Of a stretch of 44,986 nt of DNA, positions 10,325 to 18,849 are shown one piece after another. The position numbers and the translations under genes are program-made. Source of the stretch: Macrostomum lignano (taxonomy: Eukaryota); the NCBI GenBank assembly GCA_002269645.1, contig NIVC01004459.1, forward strand, positions 1-44,986, in the 5' to 3' direction. The notes beneath the pieces are model-generated. The model had not been told where the DNA came from. It saw nothing but the letters and a program-made list of their open reading frames with translations, and ran no database searches. Within the stretch, counting starts at the first letter, position 1. Every line of letters begins with the position of its first letter.

Positions 10325-11611
10325 ATGAACGACCCACTGACACCAGTTTTCTACAAAATTAACAAGCCTATTTTGAGTGGTGATAGCACAATCAAAGCGA
10401 CACAAGTTAGAGTTCCGAGTCACGAGAACCAGAATGAAACTAATCTTGGTCCTGGTCAAACACTGACATTTACATACAATGGATGTTCGTCTTTGGTTAG
10501 TGTGCACAGTCTTAAGAGCGGCTTCCATATGACATTTCAATTCAAGACAAAGGGTGGTGCGGATGCGGCTCGTGCTAACGTTGACAAGCATGATGCGGAT
10601 GTGGCTCTGATCAGCAACTTTTGGGCGTACATGTTCAAGGAGTTTAGTGTATCGAATGGGAGCACAGAGTTGGAGCGAATCGCCAACTTTGGAATTGTCT
10701 ATGACGCTCATTGTTTGATCGAGAATCCTGATTTTATTCAATTGGGAAGTGGTGCGGGTTTTATTGCAGACGAAAAAGAAGGAGATATCAATGACAGTGG
10801 TTATAAAAATAGGAAGAAGAGATACAACTATGCATTGCAAGGTGCAGATGATGCTGCTAAGAACCCGCAGTATCGGTCTGTTGATGTATTTGTACCATTG
10901 AGATTCATGAGTGGATTCTGTAATACATTTAATCGACTGACTAGTAACTTTAGCTACACATTTAGGATGACTAGAGATGATCGCAGTAGAGTGTTGTGGA
11001 CTGGGGCGGACCACACAAGGATGGAGGTGAAGCTAACCGGAATCGAGCTGTATTTGGAAGTCATTGAGCCAAAGACCGCACTAAAAGCGGATTATCTTAA
11101 GGCAATAGAGAAGGACATTGATGTTGCATACACGGCCTACATGTGTCGAGATGAGCGAAACGAAACTAGAACAAACATCTGCATTAAAGAGGGATCATGC
11201 AGCAATCCAAGGTATATTATTATTAACATGAGAAACCCAAATATCATTATACGCTACATGCATGGAGACGTGCGGTCCATTCAGCATGAAATCAGTGATA
11301 ATCTTTACCCTGCACTGCCACAAAATGGAGATTTCAGTCAGAACAAGATTAGCAAATTTTACAGCGAGTTGGTCGACTTGGCTGTGAAAGAGAACAATGG
11401 AATTGCTATCACTGCTCTTCAATATGGAACTCTATATCCGATGTTTGGCGCTGATGTGTCTGCCAGACAAATGCCTACTGATAACAGCCCTGTGAATATC
11501 GTGACTAACATTGAAAGGACTGCCGCAACACCCGTGAACCTGTACATTGTCTATGCATTTGAGAGGAAGGTGAAGCTTAACATGATCAACAATTCATCCA
11601 GTAAAGTTTAG
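10325..11611 (+). CDS. MCP: Double-jelly-roll major capsid protein (PY/hexon-like), intact 428 aa
   Basis: GDSTIK, ALISNFWAYMFKEFSV..GSTELERIANFG, FVPLRFMSGFCNTFNRL..YTFRMTR match the Polinton MCP pattern; size and position next to the penton fit. Confidence 0.88.
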   Translation: MNDPLTPVFYKINKPILSGDSTIKATQVRVPSHENQNETNLGPGQTLTFTYNGCSSLVSVHSLKSGFHMTFQFKTKGGADAARANVDKHDADVALISNFWAYMFKEFSVSNGSTELERIANFGIVYDAHCLIENPDFIQLGSGAGFIADEKEGDINDSGYKNRKKRYNYALQGADDAAKNPQYRSVDVFVPLRFMSGFCNTFNRLTSNFSYTFRMTRDDRSRVLWTGADHTRMEVKLTGIELYLEVIEPKTALKADYLKAIEKDIDVAYTAYMCRDERNETRTNICIKEGSCSNPRYIIINMRNPNIIIRYMHGDVRSIQHEISDNLYPALPQNGDFSQNKISKFYSELVDLAVKENNGIAITALQYGTLYPMFGADVSARQMPTDNSPVNIVTNIERTAATPVNLYIVYAFERKVKLNMINNSSSKV

Positions 11612-11635
11612 ATATTTTTTTTGTGGGTGAAAAAA

Positions 11636-12499
11636 ATGGAAGCCATAGCCGAAAGACTAAACAACATTGTTTCACACTCTAAGGAGAGCATTCCTATTAC
11701 AATAACCGGGCGAATTAATGACTCAAACGGGATGTTTGTTGAAAAATTAGAGCAGGCGATTCGCCTGGATCCAGGTGCTAATTACCATGTCTATCTTAAC
11801 GACTTCACCGGTTGGTCAAACGTTCCTAATGTGATGGCAGCAAATAATAAGTTTTATTACAAATGGAAAGGTGCAGCAGCAGACCCTGTGGTATTTCATG
11901 TGAGCACGCAAAGTGTGGATACCTACAATAACTTTCTAGAAAATGTCTTTACTAAGAGAGGCCATTTTGAGACACCTGATGCGAGTAAGCCAGAGAAGAA
12001 ACTGTTCCCTGTCAAACTAACCTATGATCTCACTGTAATGAGAGTGGTCATGCAAGTTCACAAAAATGCGGAGGTTGAGTTTAAAGATGACACTTGGTAT
12101 AGGGAACTAGGATTCGAGAAGAAAGTTTATAAGGCAGAATCCGCGGCGCAGACCGCCACTCAAGCATCGGGGACTGTTAGAATGGTCCGGGAAAGTGTAA
12201 GCGGTTTGTTCTTAGCACCCAATATTGCAGACATTGTAAAGGGTTTGAATATTCTAATCAGAAGCAATCTCAGTCTTGATTGGGTATTTAAGGGAAAGCG
12301 AACGAATATTTTGTACAACATCTCCAACTCTGTTGCTGGAGGACAGATGGTGGTAGAGAAACCAAATCCAGTGAAAAGAGTTGTATTGAGTAATAAAGAG
12401 ATTCACGAGATTGTGCTACAGTTTGAGACTGAAGATGGGATGGGCGTTGATTTTAATGGGGAAGAGTTTGTATTGACGTTGATCATTGAAAGAATGTAA
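11636..12499 (+). CDS. mCP: Single-jelly-roll minor capsid protein (PX/penton-like), intact; ATG at 11636
   Basis: IRLDPGANYHVYLNDFTGWSNVPNV..NNKFYY, ELGF, C-terminal VVEKPNP..IHEIVLQFETEDGMGVDFNGEEFVLTLII are typical Polinton penton features. Confidence 0.88.
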   Translation: MEAIAERLNNIVSHSKESIPITITGRINDSNGMFVEKLEQAIRLDPGANYHVYLNDFTGWSNVPNVMAANNKFYYKWKGAAADPVVFHVSTQSVDTYNNFLENVFTKRGHFETPDASKPEKKLFPVKLTYDLTVMRVVMQVHKNAEVEFKDDTWYRELGFEKKVYKAESAAQTATQASGTVRMVRESVSGLFLAPNIADIVKGLNILIRSNLSLDWVFKGKRTNILYNISNSVAGGQMVVEKPNPVKRVVLSNKEIHEIVLQFETEDGMGVDFNGEEFVLTLIIERM

Positions 12500-12506
12500 G
12501 AAAAAA

Positions 12507-12746
12507 TTACAATTGTCTAATGATTTCTGCAAAGTTATAGTAGCTGTCGTAATCTTTTACATAGGTTACTCCATACTTATGAAACCAGTGTCTTTGGAGA
12601 GCTAGATTAATATTAGGGACATTGATATCAACATCGGGCCAATATTTTCTCATGTACTCGCTGCATTCTAGTTTGCATCGGTACTTGGATTTGTACAATG
12701 GATGAGGCTGAGTATAATAGGAACCTGGAGAGACAACTGGAAACAT
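12507..12746 (-). CDS. 79-aa aromatic-rich orphan ORF next to the terminal region
   Basis: Intact ORF with the same A-tract start context (CAATAAAAATG) as the other viral genes and a shared upstream palindrome. Confidence 0.6.
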   Translation of the reverse strand: MFPVVSPGSYYTQPHPLYKSKYRCKLECSEYMRKYWPDVDINVPNINLALQRHWFHKYGVTYVKDYDSYYNFAEIIRQL

Positions 12747-12772
12747 TTTTATTGAGAATTTAATTTTTTTAA

Positions 12773-12787
12773 AGGGTGAGGACCCTG
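12773..12787 (-). promoter_or_regulatory. Second copy of the palindromic motif (CAGGGTCCTCACCCT), upstream of ORF79
   Basis: Same orientation relative to the gene and near-identical spacing as the pPolB copy. Confidence 0.5.
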
Positions 12788-12789
12788 CG

Positions 12790-13128
12790 CTGATGATTTA
12801 AAGTCTTAGGGATGTGGTAGCACGTTGCGGATTGAATGTGGGGAGAAGAATGCAGATTATTTTCTGATTGTTTTAGAAATGTTATGGGTGGATTTGGAGC
12901 TGTTATGCTCAGAGCATAAACCCTCAGAGCATAACAGTAGGACACCTGTTATGCTCTGATTCTGTCAGGGATAATATGGATGGATTTAATGGGATTATGG
13001 AGGACGTTTTGTGAGCGAGTGCGACCCCCCTTTTTTTCTGATTCTGTCGGGGATAATATGGATGGATTTAATGGGATTATGGAGGATGTGAAAAATTTTG
13101 TCCCAAAAGCCCCCTCATGCCTTCTACT
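12790..13128. repeat. Right terminal region / probable TIR of the Polinton (inner boundary unknown)
   Basis: Non-coding; TTATGCTC-containing inverted repeats at 12900-12958, two 50-bp direct repeats (12955-13004, 13037-13086; 1 mismatch), terminal AGTAG on the minus strand. Confidence 0.8.
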
Positions 13129-13380
13129 CCCATAAGCGCAGATCTGGCTGCACAGCTGCAGCGTCATTGAAGCGCCTTGCGCAATTGATGGCCATCCTGA
13201 CATGGTTGAATGCGGACCGAATGTAGCGAGCCCAACGAGGCCGGTCATGTCGGGGTCCTTTTTGTCCACGAAGCAGCCGATGTAGCGGAATGTCGTCGAA
13301 TGAGGCGGCACCGAAGTCAAGCAGCTTCCGAACGCTGCCCACATCAGCAAGTAACCTACAGAAAAGCTTTTCGAAGACAT
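13129..13380 (-). pseudogene. 5' half of a secreted WSC-domain gene, interrupted by the Polinton
   Basis: Signal peptide, then FRYIGCFVD...SMTLQLCSQICAYG; paralogs continue RFxYFG, but here AGTAGAAGG of the element follows the GGG codon. Confidence 0.9.
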
Positions 13381-14073
13381 TTGACGCCTCTGGTCTTTGC
13401 AGTCAGGGTTTGGTTTTTTGGCGTTTCAGAATGTGCCTGCTCTAAGCTCTGAACCGGTCCCTGGCTACTGGCTTATGTTTTGATTGCAACAGCCTCTGGA
13501 GTTTTCTCCACTCGGGAATGGCTGTCTGGTTTCCAGGGGCCCCAGCCAGTGAGAATTCAGCTGCATTTGGCTCTCTTGTAAGTCCATGCTGCACTCACGG
13601 ACCACTAAAATGGAGTTGAGGACGCTGCACCAGCCAATCCAGCAACATGGATATGAGAGATTAGTTTGCAGCTTTTCATCGCAAGTTCAGCGTCATTCTG
13701 CTTCGGCTGCCCATGATTGATCTCCGCTGTTCTGATGCCATGAAAATTGCTAAACAAGCACAAGTGAATTTTCTAAAAAAATTGCACAAAATTGAAAGCT
13801 TTTTTTGTTAACTGAAGTAACTATACGAGTGTATGCTTATTAATTTGGTAACGATTGGTTGATTTAATTGATAGCACTGTTTAACGGGCCATTTTTACAA
13901 TTATAGTTAAACCTGCTGGCAAACTAATTTTTTAAATACTCGTAGAGCCCAGTAAGTTTGCTTTGTTGCATTATCCTAACTACAAGCGGTCCGCACGAAG
14001 CTAAAAGAGATTGAGTAGATTTCCGTATTGCAGCATAGAAAAGTACCATGTCTGACTCAATAAATGCAGTAAC

Positions 14074-14908
14074 TGTGACGTTGTCAGTTTCAGTAGCCGC
14101 GCAAGGGCCGTTTTGACATACGGTACCAATCTTTAATATTGCCGGTTTCGTATTCTCACGTCTGATTAAAGTAGTGCCTTAAGAATTTTAATCAGCTGCG
14201 TACAATTGTAAACCCGGCGTACAGCGCGCGATCGATAATTTCTGTTCCCGTTTTTCTCAGCCGGCCAATAGAAAAGCCGCGCATTAATCTAAATATACTA
14301 AATCTCTAAGGTTTGTATGCTTGTCCATAACGCTCTAGAGATTGCAATTCTTCACCGATTTTCATCGCGTTTTCGCCAAAATCTAAATATACTAAATCTC
14401 TAAGTAATTATACTAATTTCTCTCGCGCGCCACCCCCCCCCAGCCCGCTCCTTATCAGTTCTGTCTGGCCGTGCGCTCGGGGTTTAGACCCGTTCGGAGC
14501 CTCTCCTCTTCGCTCCTTAGACTCCTTTGCTCCGCCGCCACCCCGTTTGGAGCCTTTGCCTGTTTAGACTCCGTTCAGACTCTCGCACCCTTGCGAGCCC
14601 GTGTAGACTGCAGACTCTGGCCGCCTTTACTTGTTTACTTGCCTTCTCTCTCTCCGCCACGGTTCTAGCCACGCCTCTGCCACTCTCAGCCACGCCACTT
14701 CTACTACCTAAGCTATCTACTTTGTTGTTGTGTAGCCGCCAGTGCATTGTTACGCCTTGTACTTTTGTTGACAATAAATAAAGTCTGCAGTCATCGATCG
14801 CATTAACGTTAACTAATACTACTGCCAAGTGCTACCGCTACAAATTTGCCTCGGCCGCATTCATTTGCCTTCGCTCATTCTCGAGGCCGCCACACTTATA
14901 TCGTCACA
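14074..14908 (+). mobile_element. Solo LTR (835 bp)
   Basis: TGTGACG...CGTCACA termini; 5-bp TSD GTAAC on both sides; AATAAA at 14773; 25-bp direct repeat at 14286/14380; empty site with a single GTAAC at 30821 in the paralogous block. Confidence 0.92.
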
Positions 14909-15352
14909 GTAACCTTCGGACAGACCTAGAGAGCCGTGAGCAAGCGAGCCGAGAACGTGCCTCATAAACTCACAAAGTGAAGAAGTGGCGAAGCTCTATC
15001 AGTTGGGTCAATCAGTATTGCTGCTGGAGTAAAGGGGTTGCTGTGAATGGAACGGCAAGTCTGGATGGAGATAGAGATATGCTCTGTGACGCAGGAAACG
15101 CAATGCGTAACTATGACGGCCCGGCCATTCTAAAAAAATTGATCTGAAATTTTAGCCTCACCACGAGCATCAGCTGATTGAGAACGGATTCATAACACCT
15201 GCATTACATGCCTTACCTATGAGAAATGGGGTGGAGTTTAAGTAGAATCTAAGTATGGTTTTGAAGGTAGCTAATGTCTCTCAAAGGTGACTCCCAGGAT
15301 TAGTGTGGGTGTGTGTGGTGCGGTCCGTCACACTCGGGGCATCGTCGGGGTG

Positions 15353-16150
15353 TCACGAAAGTTCCGTGTGTCGTGGCGGCAGAGGTAGTTGCGACAGAGG
15401 TTTTTCTCGGATGATCTTGAGCCGGTTATCGGTTATGCAGGACCTGGCAATGTGGTAGGAGCTGTTGCCGTAGAGGCAGCTGAGCTTGAGCTTCTGTTGT
15501 TGGCAGAAGGGGCGAGGGATGAAGATGGTTGGTGCGCAGCATCGGTGCGAGGATCTGCTGACGGTCGGTGGCCGCCTGTGCTGCGAGTGGATGGTGGCCG
15601 GGACGCAGCGTTGCCCAGAAGGCTGGCGGAGACGAATGGCACAGCTGGCACTGTGGCTGAGCAACAGGCAGCTCCAGAGTGCGTAGACGCAGCTGTCGAG
15701 AGTGCAGGCAAGCTCGTGCAGTAGCTGGCCGTTGGCCTGGCGTAGGACGTCTGTGAAGTTCTCGAGCTGTGTGTCGGCGTAGTTGGCCTGGAGGACACGG
15801 TAGGCCTCCGCGTAGGCGTTTGATTGGCATGCGTCGAGGGTACCAAGCTTCTTGAGAGCGAAGCCGGAGAGCAGACCACGAAGTTCCTCGAATTTTTCGA
15901 CATTGTTTTGGCTGCAGCGGTCGACGCGGTAGACCAAGGCGTCTCAGAAGCCCGAAAATGCAGCAGGGCCGGATCGTGAGCAGCTGATGCGGGAGTTGAG
16001 GCAGCTGGTGTCGTGGATGAATGAACTGTGGCAGCGAGCTGTTGCATGAGCTGCTAGTTCTGCTGCATCATCGCGGTCATGGAGGCGAGGAGTGCGTTGA
16101 CATCAATGCTAGGTGTAGCAGGAGAGGCGGTAGAGATCGTTGCAACGGCC
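15353..16150 (-). pseudogene. Degenerate LTR-retrotransposon gag-like fragment
   Basis: MTAMMQQN*QLMQQLAA, then PAAFSG..., KFEELRGLLSGFALKKL..AYAEAYRVLQANY (capsid-like KxxxLxxxLxGxA...YxxAxxxLxxxY pattern); stops and frameshifts. Confidence 0.5.
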
Positions 16151-16280
16151 CGAGAAACTGGAGAAGCCGAAGTAGCTGGTGACGCGCCTCTGATGTTGAA
16201 GGATGATTGCTAATTTCCGTCAAGGCCGCCCTGATTGCTGTTCCCACGGACGACGTGGAAGGCAGGGATAACTTACGAGC

Positions 16281-16790
16281 TAGGTAGCTGAGGGGGACTG
16301 ACCCCTCATTATCCAGGTAGCTTAGGGGGACTGACCCCTCATTATCCAGGTAGCTTAGGGGGACTGACCCCTCATTATCCAGGTAGCTTAGGGGGACTGA
16401 CCCCCTCATCACCCAGGTAGCTTAGGGGGACTGATCTCTTCATTATCCAGGTAGCTTAGGGGGACTGACCCCCTCATTACCCAGGTAGCTTAGGCCGGGA
16501 CTGACTCTTCATTATCCAGGTAGCTTAGGCCGGGACTGACTCCTCATTACCCAGGTAGCTTAGGCCGGGACTGACTCCTCATTATCCAGGTAGCTTAGGC
16601 CGGGACTGACTCCTCATTACCCAGGTAGCTTAGGCCGGGACTGACTCCTCATTATCCAGCTAGCTTATGCCGCGACTGACCCCTCATTCTCCAGGTAGCT
16701 TAGGTGGACTGACCCCCTCATTATCCAGGTAGCTTTGGGGACTGACCCCTTATTTTCAAGGTGACTTTAGGGAGGACTGACCTCATCATT
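16281..16790. repeat. 33-34-bp minisatellite, about 15 copies (CCAGGTAGCTTAGGGGGACTGACCCCTCATTAT)
   Basis: Directly visible; a second unit type with TTAGGCCGGGACTGACTCC occupies the middle of the array. Confidence 0.95.
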
Positions 16791-17065
16791 TTCGTGGTGG
16801 CTTGGGGTGTTTAAAGTTGTGCACGGGCCCTTAATCACTGTACATTTCACAACTAGTCTTTCTTAACCAGAACCCTCCGAGCTCAGGTAGCCCCGGTCAT
16901 CCGCCTGTGACCCATGGACTACTTTTCGTACGAGATGTTGCCCCAGCTGCGCCGCTTTATCAACGCCCTGGTGAGCCAGGTAGAGTCGGAGACCGGCGCT
17001 GGACAGCGGTGCCCTGGCCGGCAACCCCTCGGAGTGGACGGGCGGGCATTGGCCGGTAGGTCGCG

Positions 17066-17820
17066 GAAACTGGGGCGTGGGGTATTGGGGTGTGGGGAAT
17101 TGGGGTGTGGGGAATTGGGGTGTAGGCAATTGGGGTGTGGGGAATTGGGGTGTGGGGAATTGGGGTGTGGGGAATTGGGGTGTAGGGAATTGGGGTATGG
17201 GGAATGGGGGTGTGGGGAATTGGAGTGTGGGGAATTGGGGTGTGGGGAATTGGAGTGTGAGGAATTGGGGTGTGGGGAATTGGGGTGTGGGGAATTGGGT
17301 GTGGGGAATTGGGGTGTGGGGAATTGGGGTGTGGGGAATTGGGGTGTGGGGAATTGGAGTGTGGGGAAATTGGGGCGTGAGGAATTGGGGTGTGGGGAAT
17401 TGGGGTGTGGGGAATTGGAGTGTGGGGAATTTTGGTGTGGGGAATTGGGGTGTGGGGAATTGGGGTGTGGGGAATTGGGGTGTGGGGAATTGGGGTATGG
17501 GGAATTGGGGTGTGGGGAATTGGAGTGAGGGGAATTGGGGTGTGGGGAATTGGGGTGTGGGGAATTGGAGTGTGGGGAATTGGGGTGTGGGGAATTGGGG
17601 TGTGGGGAGTTAGGGCGTGGGAAATTGGGTGTGGGCAATTGGGGTGTGGGGAATTGGGGTATGGAGAATCGGGGCGTGGAAAATTGGGGCGTGGGGAATT
17701 AGGGGTATGGGGAATTGGGGTGTGGAGTATTAGGGTGTGCGGAATTGGGGTGTGAGGAATAAAAACGTGGGAAATCGTGGTGTAGGAATTGGGGCGCGAG
17801 AAGTGGGTGTTGGGAATTAG
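17066..17820. repeat. 15-bp G-rich minisatellite (GGGGTGTGGGGAATT), roughly 45-50 copies with degenerate edges
   Basis: Directly visible. Confidence 0.97.
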
Positions 17821-17861
17821 CGTGGTGAATTAGAAATTGGGAGCATTGGGCATTTTTCTTA

Positions 17862-18665
17862 GAATCGTGAACAGGTATTCTTAGAATTGTGAACAAGTAT
17901 TCTTAGAATCGCGAACAGGTATTCTTAGAATCTTGAACAGGTATTCTTAGAATCGTCAAAAGGTATTCTTAGAATCGTGAACAGGTATTCTTAGAATCGT
18001 GAACAGGCAGGTATTCCTAGAATCGTCAACAGGTATTCTTAGAATCGTGAACAGGTGTTCTTAGAATCGTGAACGGGTATTCTTAGAATCGTGAACAGGT
18101 ATTCTTAGAATCGTGAACAGGTATTCCTAGAATCGTGAACAGGAATTCTTAGAATCGTGAACAGGTGTTCTTAGAATCGTGAACAGGTATTCTTAGAATC
18201 GTGAACAGGTATTCCTAGAATCGTGAACAGGTATTCTTAGAATCGTGAACAGTTATTCTTAGAAGCGTGAACAGTTATTCTTAGAATCGTGAACAGGTAT
18301 TCTTAGAATCGTGAACAGGTATTCCTAGAATCGTGAACAGGTATTCTTAGAATCGTGAACAGTTATTCTTAGAAGCGTGAACAGTTATTCTTAGAATTGT
18401 GAACAGGTATTCTTAGAATCTTGAACATGTATTCTTAGAATCGTCAACAGGTATTCTTAGAATCGTCAACAGGTATTCTTAGAATCGTGAACAGGCAGGT
18501 ATTCCTAGAATCGTCAACAGGTATTCTTAGAATCGTGAACAGGTGTTCTTAGAATCGTGAACGGGTATTCTTAGAATCGTGAACAGGTATTCTTAGAATC
18601 GTGAACAGTTATTCTTAGAAGCGTGAACAGTTATTCTTAGAATCGTGAACAGGTATTCTTAGAAA
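17862..18665. repeat. 22-bp minisatellite (TTCTTAGAATCGTGAACAGGTA), about 36 copies
   Basis: Directly visible; a multi-unit block marked by a GCAG insertion occurs twice (about 17992 and 18482). Confidence 0.97.
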
Positions 18666-18849
18666 GCTGGGAATTGCGTTGCAAATGCATTTGCTATCCA
18701 ATGACAAGCATCCAGTGTGCATAGGAGCTGTAACCAATGACAGAGCAGCAGCAGGTATAGATATAATGATGACAATATCAATGATATCAACGCAAAGTCT
18801 GCATCAAAGTTGCAAAGCAGCGGCCACAATAAAAGTGAGCGGTAAGGAT

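Larger units (their letters stand above)
1..13128. mobile_element. Polinton/Maverick (adintovirus-like) endogenous dsDNA virus, left end outside the window
   Basis: Co-located rve integrase, protein-primed PolB, adenain-like protease, A32-like ATPase, double-jelly-roll MCP and penton-like ORFs. Ends at ...CCTTCTACT 13128 (5'-AGTAG on the minus strand, the typical Polinton terminus), followed directly by host WSC coding sequence. Confidence 0.96.

Noticed and set aside
18679-18849. 57-aa N-terminal extension of the WSC ORF
   Set aside because: The signal peptide begins at Met 18850, matching paralog lengths.
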